Positions 1 to 12,214 of a stretch of 64,000 nt of DNA are shown here, piece after piece. The stretch lies in the NCBI GenBank assembly GCA_046290225.1, contig JBKAGE010000070.1:32001-96000 (forward strand), in the 5' to 3' direction. The notes under the pieces were generated by a model that was not told where the DNA came from, did no database searches, and saw only the letters and a list, made by a program, of their open reading frames with translations. A program made the position numbers and the translations under genes. The DNA comes from Bradymonadia bacterium. GTDB taxonomy: Bacteria; Myxococcota_A; Bradymonadia; UBA7976; UBA1532. Each line of letters begins with the position of its first letter. Positions within the stretch are counted from its first letter, which is position 1.

Positions 1-1
1 G

Positions 2-1459
2 GTGCTCTCGCACAGCGTAGGCGAGGCCCTCGAGTATGAAGACAAGGACCTCATGAAGCGGTTCTTCGAGGGCGCCAAGGCTGATCCGGACTTCGCGGGG
101 ATCGCTGTCACCACAGCAGAGGGCAAGGCCTTTCTGCTCGAGGGTGAAGAGGCGATCACCACTCAGCTCTCCGGCCTCGACGCCGAGAGGCTCACCACCG
201 AGCAGCTCGCCATGGCCCGCGCGCCCATCGAGAGAGAGGGCAAAGCCATCGGCTATCTCTCGGTGGCGCTGTCAACCATGAACGCTCAGACGAGCGCCAG
301 CGCTGCACGACAAGAGGTGCTGTTGCTCGGCCTCGGCATCCTGGCGCCTACGTTGCTTTTGGGCTTCCTCCTCGCCCGCTCCTCCACTCGGCCCTTCATG
401 GCCAAGCTCGAAGAGCTGAGCGAGGTCGCCCAGGCTATCGCTGACGGTGACATCAACCGCTCGGTGAGAGAAGAAGGGAGCGCTGAGCTGGTGCGGATGA
501 GCGAGGCCATGAATCAGGCCAACGCCGCCATCCGTGCTGCGATCGGCGCTCAGGTAGAGGCGGAGCAAAAGCGGGCCCTCTCGGCTCAGCAAGAGGCCCG
601 CCGCAACGCCTTGCTCACCATGGCCGACGATCTGGAGTCCAAGGTCAGGGGGGTCGTGCAATCGATGGATCAGATGATCGCCTCGCTCTCTGCGCAGGCC
701 ACCGAGATGAACGCAGTGGCCGCTCAGACGAGCGCCCACTCCCGTGAGGCCTCCGAGCACGCCGAGCGGATGTCGAGCAACGTGAACGTCGTCTCGGACA
801 AGGCCCGAGATCTCGACGCCGCCAGCAACGAGATCGGACAGCAGGTGCAACTCTCGACGCAGAGCACATCTGAAGCCGCGGATGTGGCCATCTCGACCCA
901 AAGCGTGGTGGAGCAGCTCTCCAGAGACACTGAGCAAATCAACGAGGTCTTGTCCCTGATCAACGAGATCGCTGAGCAGACCAACTTGTTGGCGCTCAAC
1001 GCCACCATTGAGGCCGCTCGGGCCGGCGACGCCGGTAAGGGCTTCGCCGTGGTGGCCGATGAGGTCAAAAACCTCGCCACCAAGACCCAACAGGCCACCG
1101 AACAGATCACCGCGCGCATCACCAACGCCCGCAAAGCCACCGAGCAGACGGTGGCGTCGATCCATCAGATCCACTCCACCATCAACGCGGTGCAGGACAT
1201 CGCTCAGCTCATCGCCCAGCGGGTGGCCACGCAGATGGACACGCTCCACGAGGTGAATCACAGCGTCAGCTCGGCCAGCGCAGGCTCGAGTCAGGTGGGT
1301 CAGTACATGCAGACCCTCTCCCAGGGGGCCCTCGAGACTCAGCAAGCGGCTCAAGCCGTCGATGAGACCACCCACCACCTCTCGCGTATGTCGGCAGATC
1401 TTGACGCCACCCTCAGCGGCTTCCTCGGCGAGCTTCGCCAAGGGGCTGCTCAGGGCTGA
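2..1459 (+). CDS. Methyl-accepting chemotaxis protein (5'-truncated by window edge)
   Basis: TM helix ([20 protein letters not shown]), HAMP-like segment and MCP hairpin-tip signature [37 protein letters not shown]. Confidence 0.93.
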   Translation: MLSHSVGEALEYEDKDLMKRFFEGAKADPDFAGIAVTTAEGKAFLLEGEEAITTQLSGLDAERLTTEQLAMARAPIEREGKAIGYLSVALSTMNAQTSASAARQEVLLLGLGILAPTLLLGFLLARSSTRPFMAKLEELSEVAQAIADGDINRSVREEGSAELVRMSEAMNQANAAIRAAIGAQVEAEQKRALSAQQEARRNALLTMADDLESKVRGVVQSMDQMIASLSAQATEMNAVAAQTSAHSREASEHAERMSSNVNVVSDKARDLDAASNEIGQQVQLSTQSTSEAADVAISTQSVVEQLSRDTEQINEVLSLINEIAEQTNLLALNATIEAARAGDAGKGFAVVADEVKNLATKTQQATEQITARITNARKATEQTVASIHQIHSTINAVQDIAQLIAQRVATQMDTLHEVNHSVSSASAGSSQVGQYMQTLSQGALETQQAAQAVDETTHHLSRMSADLDATLSGFLGELRQGAAQG

Positions 1460-3954
1460 GGTTCACTCTGAAATGTGTTGAGCTTCAACACAAAGCGCAC
1501 ACGACGATTCTGATCTCGCGCCCTCTGTAGCGCCTCGTCACTCAGCCCCTCGATGGCCACCCTCGGTCGGGTTTCTCCGTAGCCCACCGCCCTCACCCAA
1601 TCCGGTGAGATCCCCGATTCGATCAAGAGTCGGCGAACCGCGTTGGCCCGCGCCGTAGAGAGCTGCATGTTGAGGGCCTCGGTACCCACGTCGTCGGTGT
1701 GACCCTCAACAGTAATGCCGACGATTTGAGGGTTGCTCTGGATGATGGTCACCATCTCTTCGAGCACCGCCCTGGCATTGTCGGACGGCGTGACACTCTT
1801 GAAGGGGAACTCCACGGTGATGTTGATGTCGTTGCAGCCGTCCCACTGACGAATGCCCACGCTGTTGGGGCATCGATCCTCGTGGTCGAGCACGCCGTCG
1901 GCGTCATTGTCGGGCTCAGGGCAGCCATCTGTATCCTGATAGCCATCGTGATCCTCAGGCACCTTCGGACACTGATCTCCCTCGGTGATGCCATCTTCGT
2001 CTTCGTCGAGCACGACGGGTGGCGTGATCACCGGGGGGGCCTGCACGACTGGAGGAGGCTTCACGGGCAGTGTGTGATGCACGTCGAGCGCAGCCTCGAC
2101 CCCCCACGTTAAACGCAGCAACAGATCCACCTGAGTGATCTCGGCGGCGTAACGGGTCACCTTGGCCCCCACTTCCCACGAGAACCCGCTCGGGGTGATT
2201 TGACCCACGAGGCCCGCTCCACCATAGAGTCGCGGATCCTCGAAGTCATCGAGTGGGTACTCACCAAAGGCTTCGGCCCCCACTTGCCAGTCATGCTGCA
2301 GATGCCATGTGGCGCCGAGGCCGGTCTCCACGATGGCCTGAAGTGGCTGTGCCCGGTCGAGTTCATCCTCGATGTGCACTCCGAGGTTGGCCCTCACATC
2401 AGTCTGAGCGAGGTGGACCTCACCCACCCCAACAGTGCCCAGGCGCAAGCGCCCTGTAGAGACTGCGTCTGTGGTGCCCGTGGGCAACAAGATGGGGATC
2501 ACCAACCCCGCGCCGAACGGATGCTCTGCCCCATCGACGGCGAGGGCTTTCAGCCGCAAGGCGATGTCGCCTAGAGCGCTCTCGTCGCCGGAGGCGATGC
2601 CTCCAGCGCTCAAAGCGGACTGGCTCTGGGCCATCCCGTCGCCCCGCATACGCTGAGGCCGGACCACCGGGCCACGCAGCTCATCCTGCTCTGCGAAGAT
2701 CGACGGGATCTCCACCGACAGCTCGAGGTCGTCGAGGATGGCCACCGCCACGCCAACCCCCACCATCATGGCTTCCACCTCGTCAGAAGGATGTACTGCA
2801 GCCTGGCCCACCTCGAGGGTGAAGGTCAGATCGGCCTGCTCACCGATCTGGCCAGAGTCAACGCTATAGACCGCCTCAGGGCTCTGCACGGCTCGGCGTC
2901 GAAAAGCGAAGGGGCCCACGCCCGTGAAAGCCGGCGCCCTGAGCAAGAGGCGCCATCGAGCCGAGGGGCCACGGCCACCCCATGGCCCTGGCTCGAAGGC
3001 CTGACCGCCGCCTGCCCAGTCCACTGAAGCCATGCCGCGCCACGTAGGCGCACCGAGCCCTCGACTGATGGCTCGGCCACCGCCGAGGCGCACGCTCATA
3101 CCATTCTGGAAGGCATACTCCAATCCGCCGAGAGCCTCCGCAGGGCTCCCTCGGTCATCATCGGCCACCAGCGTCAAATCATCCGGATCACGGCTCTCCC
3201 CACTGGAGATCGAGCCAAAGGCCACGGCGAAGGCCCGGAGCCCTCTCCAGCCTAGAGGGGCCCTTGCGCCAAGGCGCCATCGCGTGGCGTCGTCGAGCAC
3301 GATGTTGTGCAGGCGCATGGGGTTTTGCAGCTGATGGCCCACAGATCCAGCCACCTGCCAGAGCCGCTTTCGCCAGCCCACGATGAGCTGAGGCTCCATG
3401 CGCAAACCGCCACCGCTGTTGAAGGTGGTGCCGTCTCCCGTGGCGAAGTAGAGCGGCGTGGCCACGGCGGCACTGAATCCAGCGACGGGGCGAAACAGCT
3501 GTACCTTGGGCACGATGCGAAAGTCGCCGGCCACCACCCCGTCGAAGTCGCTGGACTGCAGATTGAAAATGTCTGGCGCCGGGGCGCTTTGATGTACCAC
3601 CACGGGCAAGGCGAAGTTCAGGCTGGCCACCCCGAAGAGGCCCAAGGCCCCCACCACCTCGCAGCGACTCTGGCTCTCCAGCGCCTCAAGCTGCTCTCCC
3701 CCAGGGGGCACGAGGATGACCGGCTGATGCGTGTGATGACATACGAGTCCCGCAGCAGTGCTCAGATGCGCGCGCACCTCGGGCCCTGGCACGTTGACGA
3801 TGTTCACAGTGGGATCACCGAGGGGCTCGAAATGCTCCAGCTGAAACGACGGGCTGCGCGCCCCGACCCCTTGAGGGGGGTTTTGGGCATGCACCGCGCC
3901 GCCGAACACACCAGAGCAGAGCGCCAGGGCCATCCACGGCCCAGCCCACCTCAT
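1450..3954 (-). CDS. OmpA-family outer-membrane protein: two beta-barrel-like regions, TSP3 repeats, C-terminal OmpA peptidoglycan-binding domain
   Basis: Signal peptide; TSP3-like DxDxDG/CP motifs; OmpA C-domain motifs [35 protein letters not shown] at 3954 overlaps the upstream stop (ATGA). Confidence 0.88.
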   Translation of the reverse strand: MRWAGPWMALALCSGVFGGAVHAQNPPQGVGARSPSFQLEHFEPLGDPTVNIVNVPGPEVRAHLSTAAGLVCHHTHQPVILVPPGGEQLEALESQSRCEVVGALGLFGVASLNFALPVVVHQSAPAPDIFNLQSSDFDGVVAGDFRIVPKVQLFRPVAGFSAAVATPLYFATGDGTTFNSGGGLRMEPQLIVGWRKRLWQVAGSVGHQLQNPMRLHNIVLDDATRWRLGARAPLGWRGLRAFAVAFGSISSGESRDPDDLTLVADDDRGSPAEALGGLEYAFQNGMSVRLGGGRAISRGLGAPTWRGMASVDWAGGGQAFEPGPWGGRGPSARWRLLLRAPAFTGVGPFAFRRRAVQSPEAVYSVDSGQIGEQADLTFTLEVGQAAVHPSDEVEAMMVGVGVAVAILDDLELSVEIPSIFAEQDELRGPVVRPQRMRGDGMAQSQSALSAGGIASGDESALGDIALRLKALAVDGAEHPFGAGLVIPILLPTGTTDAVSTGRLRLGTVGVGEVHLAQTDVRANLGVHIEDELDRAQPLQAIVETGLGATWHLQHDWQVGAEAFGEYPLDDFEDPRLYGGAGLVGQITPSGFSWEVGAKVTRYAAEITQVDLLLRLTWGVEAALDVHHTLPVKPPPVVQAPPVITPPVVLDEDEDGITEGDQCPKVPEDHDGYQDTDGCPEPDNDADGVLDHEDRCPNSVGIRQWDGCNDINITVEFPFKSVTPSDNARAVLEEMVTIIQSNPQIVGITVEGHTDDVGTEALNMQLSTARANAVRRLLIESGISPDWVRAVGYGETRPRVAIEGLSDEALQRARDQNRRVRFVLKLNTFQSEPQP

Positions 3955-5675
3955 CGGCGTCGCCTGAGCACGGGCACCATCAGCAACAGCAGCCACCAGA
4001 AGGCGTGCTGCCCGCCCTGAGCGCAGCCGGCGCCTTGCAGCGCAAAGCCATTGTCAAAGCTCAAATCAGCATCGCAGACATCGCCATTGCCGTCTTCGTC
4101 ACCATCAAGCTGATCCGGGTTCGCGGCCCGGGGGCAGTTGTCATCGTCGTCGAGTACAGCGTCACCGTCTCGATCGGTGTCACAGATGTCACCGATGCCA
4201 TCACCGTCGAGATCTGCTTGCTCGGGGTTGGCCACCAGCGGGCAATTGTCGCGCTCTGCCAATACACCATCGCCGTCATCGTCGGGATCACACAGCGCCC
4301 CCTGATCGTCACCGTCGAGATTCAGCTGATCGGGATTGGCCACCTGTGGGCAGTTGTCGACAGCATCTGCCACGCCATCACCGTCGAAGTCTCCCTCACA
4401 GAGATCCCCCACCCCATCGCCATCCGTGTCGGTCTGATCGGGGTTGGCCACCTGCGGGCAGTTGTCGTCCGACTCGAAGCCATCACCGTCGACGTCGGCA
4501 TCACAGCCATCTCCCGTACCATCACCATCGAGATCGGGCTGCTCGGCATCGAAGAGGTCAGGGCACAGATCGACGACGTTGGCCACCCCATCACCGTCGC
4601 GATCGTCATCGCATGCGTCTCCCACGCCGTCCTCATCGCGATCGAGCTGAGTGGTGTTGGCCACGGCTGGGCAGTTGTCGGAGCGATCGACGACATCGTC
4701 GCCATCAATGTCAATGTCGCAGACATCACCCACTCCATCCTCGTCGGTGTCGACCTGATCGGCGTTGACATCGCTGGGGCAGTTGTCGTCGGTGTCGAGG
4801 ATGCCGTCTCCATCCAGGTCGGCCACCTCGCACAGATCACCGATGCCATCGCCGTCCTCGTCTGCCTGATCGATGTTCGCGGCTTCAGGGCAATTGTCGA
4901 TCTCTGCATGGATCCCATCACCGTCAGCGTCGAGCAGGCACTTTGGATTACACGTGGCCCACCCTGTCGCGAACTGGGCCATCCGCCAGATGCCGGGCAC
5001 CGAGATGTTCGACCCGAGGCAGAGCGCGCCGCCGACGAACGAATCGCCATCCCCAGAGCTGGGCAACACGGGGGCGAAGGGCACGCGGAGAATCCCCGCC
5101 TGGCCGTCCGAGATGAATTCGTCTTCCATGCCCGCGGACCAGTTGCACTCCGAGTATCGAAACTCGATTTGAAAGTCACCTGGGGTGGTCGCATCGAACT
5201 GACTGAACAGCGCCTGAAAGGTGTTGGCCGCGTCTGCGTTGCCAAAAGGGCGAATCCGATACCAGGTCAACACCAGCCAGCCATCTCCCGAGGCGATGTA
5301 CACCGCATTTTCATCATCAGGGATGCCATCACGGCGGCTGAGATCAGCGTCCGCCCAATAGGGCGCGACGAGCACTGGGCGATCTGCAGGCTGCACCATA
5401 TGAAGTGGCCCGGTGGGCGGCGGTGCGCCGATGCCCATCACACCATCAGCGCCCACCCACAAGTCGATGGTGCCACCAGGGGTCACGGCCCCCAGCGGGA
5501 ACACCGCAGCGGTGTCCACGAGGGCGACGTCGATGCCCGGCGCGAGCACCAGCTGTTCACCAAAATCAACGGGACCACCGAACCCTGTCAGCAGCGGCGC
5601 AGCCTGTGACGTGGTGCACAGCGCACACGCCCACATGACCGCGAGCACAGCGCACTCGAAGATACGAGACATCAT
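3951..5675 (-). CDS. Cell-surface protein: nidogen-like N-domain, eight TSP3 calcium-binding repeats, MYXO-CTERM-type tail
   Basis: LVAPYWADAD...NTFQ...IEFRY nidogen-like motifs; eight DNCP/DLCP units with DxDGDGxGDxC; C-terminus GAGCAQGG...[15 protein letters not shown]; purine-rich RBS before ATG. Confidence 0.85.
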   Translation of the reverse strand: MMSRIFECAVLAVMWACALCTTSQAAPLLTGFGGPVDFGEQLVLAPGIDVALVDTAAVFPLGAVTPGGTIDLWVGADGVMGIGAPPPTGPLHMVQPADRPVLVAPYWADADLSRRDGIPDDENAVYIASGDGWLVLTWYRIRPFGNADAANTFQALFSQFDATTPGDFQIEFRYSECNWSAGMEDEFISDGQAGILRVPFAPVLPSSGDGDSFVGGALCLGSNISVPGIWRMAQFATGWATCNPKCLLDADGDGIHAEIDNCPEAANIDQADEDGDGIGDLCEVADLDGDGILDTDDNCPSDVNADQVDTDEDGVGDVCDIDIDGDDVVDRSDNCPAVANTTQLDRDEDGVGDACDDDRDGDGVANVVDLCPDLFDAEQPDLDGDGTGDGCDADVDGDGFESDDNCPQVANPDQTDTDGDGVGDLCEGDFDGDGVADAVDNCPQVANPDQLNLDGDDQGALCDPDDDGDGVLAERDNCPLVANPEQADLDGDGIGDICDTDRDGDAVLDDDDNCPRAANPDQLDGDEDGNGDVCDADLSFDNGFALQGAGCAQGGQHAFWWLLLLMVPVLRRRR

Positions 5676-5728
5676 CTCCCCTCCATCCCGCCAAGTCAGA
5701 CGACGCGCTCTCCTCAACGCGTCGACGC

Positions 5729-7062
5729 TCAGCTCAACAAGCCCGACAAAGGCCCGTTGCCGTGTTGGCCAAACCGTTCCACCGGATCACCCATCGCGTG
5801 ACACAGTGCTGCGAGCAGTTCGCCGTGGCCAGTATTCGGCGCATCGTGCAGGCGGCCTGTACGGATCGTCCCTGCACCGCCCCCAGCGAGCACGAAGGGC
5901 ATGTTGTCGTGCAGGTGGGTGTTGCCGTCACAGACTTCAGTGCACAACAGCACCAGGCTGTTGTCGAGCATGGTGCCGTCGCCTTCTGGACGCTCGGCGA
6001 GGCGGCGAAGCAACTCGGCATACTGCGAAACCCACCACACACGCTGAGCGAGATAGTCGCTGAACTCGCGGCGGCCGCGATCATGCCGCGGGCCATAATG
6101 ACTGGCCTGATGGCTGCGCATATCGAAGCCCGGATCATGGAACGGCGTACCTGGGAATCGACTCATGATGAGCTCGCTGGTGTGATGGCCACACTGCATC
6201 ACCCCCACCCGAGTGAGCCCGCACGCCATGGCCTGCACCATGACGTCCATCTGTAGATCGAGCACCTGGGGGAACACCTCAGGGGCATACAGTTCGCCGC
6301 CGAGGGCACCGATGCGAGGATCGTCACAGGTGGCATCGGGCATCATGGGGGCCGCCCCTTGCACCCTGCGCTCCACCTCTCTGAGCGACTCGAGGTGAAA
6401 CTCCAGGCGGGCGCGCTCGGCGCCGCTCACCTGACCCCGCATGCGGTCGAGGTCGGCCTTGACGCCGTCGAGCACGCTCTGGCGTCGGTCAGGCCCTCGA
6501 GGTTGCGGGCTGGGTTGCCCCACGACCTGCTCACCAGGGAACAAGCGCTCAAAGGCCCGGCGTGGATCATCCTCTGGCGGTGTCGTGCGCCCTGGCGCGG
6601 GGTAACTGATGTGCTTGTCACCAGAGGCGTTGTTGGCGTTGGCCTGCACGCCGAGATAGAGCAGCCGGTGGGGATCGTTCGCCCCCACAGTGCGGGCGAG
6701 GTGCTGGTCCACTGAGACGCCGTTGCCGTGGTCGACGGCGGTGAGCAGCTTCACCGCCCCTCCAGGGTGGCTGCCGCTGTCGGTGCCCCCCATGGTGAGG
6801 CCGTTGAAGAACACCGCCTGCTCTCGATACCCCGCCAGGGGCGCGAGCTGTTCACCGAGCCGGAAATCGAACTCACGGCCCTGAGCGTGCCACAGGCTGG
6901 CCTCGCCGTCCTGACTGGGGCCAGCGACCCCATCTGGGAAGTAGAACACGATGAGCCGGCGCGCGACCCTGCCTTGAGCGCTCGCCTCACCCGTGAGCAG
7001 CGGAGTGATGAAGGGCGCCAGGCCTGCGCCAGCGGCGAGCTTGAGGAAACTCCGTCGACGCA

Positions 7063-7063
<1 letters not shown>
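5729..7063 (-). CDS. DUF1552-family Tat-exported protein
   Basis: Twin-arginine signal MRRRSFLKLAAGAG; RRLIVFYFPDG, SVDQ, MACGLTRV, GTMLDNSLVL, HLHDNMPFVLAGG motifs; translationally coupled (TGATG) to the upstream DUF1592 gene. Confidence 0.88.
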
Positions 7064-9531
<2,468 letters not shown>

Positions 9532-9619
9532 GGTCTTCGACCTTCCTCTGCCACCCTGTTGCCACACAGGTGTCACAAAACAACTTCCATCAGCACTGGA
9601 TCCACATATCATGTGGGCC

Positions 9620-10345
9620 ATGGCTCAAGACAAAAAGAAGCGCAAGTCCTCCCCTGAACAGCGCCCTTCAGCGCGCGAGCAGCTCGAGGCGACCCTCGAG
9701 ACCTTGCCCGATCACACCCGGGTGGTGCTGGTGGCCAACCTCAAGGGCGGCACGGGTAAGACCACGTTGTCGACCCACCTCGCCGCTTGGATGGCCAACA
9801 CCGGCCAGGTGACCGCCCTCGCCGATCTCGATCCGCAACGCAGCGCCTTGAAGTGGCTCGGCCGCCGCGACATCACTCAACCACCGATCTTCGCCATCGA
9901 CGCCTGCCAGGGCGAGGCGATCCCGCAAGAGGCCGAGTGGTTGATCCTCGATGGCCCCGCGGGCATCTCCGATGCGGTGCTCAAGCCCGCTGTGGACGCA
10001 GCAGATGTCGTGTTGATACCGGTGCTGCCTTCGGTCTTCGACGAGGGGGGTACGGCGCGGCTGATGACCGCGCTCAACGGCTTGAAGCGTTTCCGCAAGG
10101 GCAAGGTGAAGGTGGGCCTCGTGGCCAACCGCATCAAGGCCCGCTCACGGGCAGCCCGACGCATCGAGGCGTGGATGGCGCTGCAGAGCGTGCCCGTGGC
10201 TGGTCAACTCAGAGACTCGTCGCTCTATGCAGATGGCGCCATGAACGGCTCGGCCCTCTTCGATCTGGCACCCTCGCGCATCCGCACGCACATGGCCGAC
10301 TGGGCCTCGATTGTCGACTTCGTTCAAGAGCCTCGCGACGACTGA
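9620..10345 (+). CDS. ParA-family ATPase (orphan, no adjacent parB)
   Basis: Deviant Walker A KGGTGKTT, DLDPQRS, LILDGPAG, ADVVLIPVLPS. Confidence 0.88.
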   Translation: MAQDKKKRKSSPEQRPSAREQLEATLETLPDHTRVVLVANLKGGTGKTTLSTHLAAWMANTGQVTALADLDPQRSALKWLGRRDITQPPIFAIDACQGEAIPQEAEWLILDGPAGISDAVLKPAVDAADVVLIPVLPSVFDEGGTARLMTALNGLKRFRKGKVKVGLVANRIKARSRAARRIEAWMALQSVPVAGQLRDSSLYADGAMNGSALFDLAPSRIRTHMADWASIVDFVQEPRDD

Positions 10346-10355
10346 GCGCTCGTGT

Positions 10356-11486
10356 TTATGAGATGCCCAGCCCCTGCTCCACCAGCGACATGCACAGCGC
10401 GTGAATCGCCTTGCGGTCAGGTGATTTGGGCAATGGGTGCTCCCCCGAGCGATAGATGGCCTCGAGGGCGGCATCTTCGCCCTCGGCCCACTCGATGAGC
10501 TGGTCGTAAGACCACGCCCCCTTCCGAATGGCGATCAACTCTTCGGCGTCGATGTCGCCCCGCCACACGTTCACCTTGCCCGTGGTCAGGATCTCGCGGC
10601 CCATGCGCAACAAACGCACGAGGTGGCCGGCATGCTTCGTGTCGTAGCCATACTTCGCCTCGAGGGCTGCCCGGGTGGGGTTGCGCTCGCGCTTCCACCG
10701 GGCATAGCTCTTGGCCTCGGCCTCGGCGGCCCGGTAGCGACGCTCCTTGTCCATCCACTCGATGAAGTTCTCGTCGTAGCCGATGTGCCGCGCCGCGGCG
10801 AAGAAGCTCTCTTGCTGGCCGATCTCCAGCTCGCTGAGATAGGCGGCCATGCGGCCCTGGATCTCGATCTTGTTCGAAGCCGGCAAGTCGCCGAAGTCGA
10901 TGGACCAGCTGTCGATCTTCTTCTGCACCGCCGCCAGGGCCGCCTGGAGCTGATCTCGAGGCATGAGGCTGCGATCAGGCAGATCGAAGTCGGCCCGGCT
11001 GGGGGCTTTGATCTCCCCGCCGGTGTGCCACCGGTAGTGCAACTTGATGCGCTTGAGCTGCGCGGCGGCATAGCCGGAGAAGGTGTGCTTGGCTTTTGCC
11101 GAGAGGAACATGTCCCGGTGAGCCCGCAGCTGCTCGCCCACGGGGGTCATGCGGCGCACCTCGGCGTCGCGGCTGAAGAGCACGTCGAGGATGTTCGGGT
11201 TCGAGTCGGTGGCGAGCTTGACGAACTTCCTGATCTCGTAGACCGAACCCTCGAGCTTGGTCTCCCGACAGATGACCTTCTCTTCTTCGGTCATGTCGTC
11301 GAAGAAGGCCTGAATCTGGCTGCTCTTGTCGGCCTGTTCGAAGCTGCCGAGGGTGCCGAGGTAGTAGTCTTTCGGCGGCACGGCGACGCCCTTGACGTCG
11401 ACATCGGACCCGTCGGTGTGGATGCCATAACAGCGTGATCCGGTGACCACGAGCAGATGTGTGTGAGCGAGCAGGTCGAAGTTCAC
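10356..11486 (-). CDS. Pol-beta-superfamily nucleotidyltransferase of the RlaP/YcgL-like (PF10127) type
   Basis: GSRCYG...SDVDVKGV catalytic motif, NPNILDVLF, FSGYA..QL, GYDTKHAGHLVRLL. Confidence 0.8.
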   Translation of the reverse strand: MNFDLLAHTHLLVVTGSRCYGIHTDGSDVDVKGVAVPPKDYYLGTLGSFEQADKSSQIQAFFDDMTEEEKVICRETKLEGSVYEIRKFVKLATDSNPNILDVLFSRDAEVRRMTPVGEQLRAHRDMFLSAKAKHTFSGYAAAQLKRIKLHYRWHTGGEIKAPSRADFDLPDRSLMPRDQLQAALAAVQKKIDSWSIDFGDLPASNKIEIQGRMAAYLSELEIGQQESFFAAARHIGYDENFIEWMDKERRYRAAEAEAKSYARWKRERNPTRAALEAKYGYDTKHAGHLVRLLRMGREILTTGKVNVWRGDIDAEELIAIRKGAWSYDQLIEWAEGEDAALEAIYRSGEHPLPKSPDRKAIHALCMSLVEQGLGIS

Positions 11487-11616
11487 GTGAGACCTCCTGA
11501 GTCACCAGCGATGAGTGGGGCGCCGTCGGGTAAGATTCCGGGAAGTGTCTCGAAGGTCAAGCGAGACTCGATGAAGTGCCATGCTGGCCTGCAATGTATG
11601 TGGTGGTTGTGCCTGT

Positions 11617-11787
11617 GTAGGCAGTCGTCGCTTCGCTCCGCCTGCGTAGGCGCCGGGCCTTCGGCAGCCCTGCGGGCCGCCTCGTCTGGCGCGTACACGT
11701 TCGGGCATCCGCTTGCGCGGAACCCCTCCGGGTAGGCAGGGTCGCTCAATGCTAACGCATTGTTTGCTCGCTCCCCTGCGTAAAAAG
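11617..11787 (+). repeat. Structured ~170-bp repeat, copy 1 of an inverted pair
   Basis: Aligns by eye to the reverse complement of 11917-12084 (e.g. GTAGGCAGTCRTCGCTTCGCTCYGCCTGCGTAGGC, CCTCCGGGTAGGCAGGGTCGCTCA, GCTCGCTCCCCTGCGTAAA). Confidence 0.9.
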
Positions 11788-11916
11788 TCAGTTCTGGTGT
11801 GACTTTGCACTGATTCCGGCGCTGCTGGGGCTTTCGCCGAGCCTTGGGGCTCAGAGGCTTGCACGTTCGCGGTAGGTCGAATCCCGGCGGGGTTCAGCAA
11901 CGAGATACAGAAGAAG

Positions 11917-12084
11917 CTCTTTACGCAGGGGAGCGAGCGAAAAGGGCGAAGCCCTGAGCGACCCTGCCTACCCGGAGGCCTGCTCGCGCCAGCGAGCGTG
12001 CCGACGTGTACGCAGCTCCAAGGCGGGCCGCAGGCCGGCCGACAGAGCTGCCTACGCAGGCAGAGCGAAGCGATGACTGCCTAC
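11917..12084 (-). repeat. Structured ~170-bp repeat, copy 2 (inverted)
   Basis: Reverse complement matches 11617-11787 in conserved blocks, with compensatory substitutions in the hairpin stems. Confidence 0.9.
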
Positions 12085-12214
12085 CAGGGCTCAGCCACAA
12101 CACACGCCACCCCGCCGCATTTGACGCTCGACAACTCGGCCCACGACAGGCCCCTTTGAGGGGCATACAACGACCATGGCCTTCACAAAAAAGCCGGCAT
12201 AGGATGCAGACGCA

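Noticed and set aside
4005..5609. Other long antisense ORFs (e.g. 4005-5609, 19310-20932, 26645-28387, 46795-49038, 61420-62802)
   Set aside because: Each lies opposite a well-supported gene and lacks family motifs
9602..9616. CCACAT-ATC-ATGTGG palindrome between divergent genes
   Set aside because: Only a 6-bp arm, single occurrence; could be chance
11502..11900. ORFs overlapping the inverted element (11457-11735, 11483-11749, 11502-11900, 12006-12218)
   Set aside because: Translations of repeat DNA; substitutions between the copies preserve base pairing, not codons
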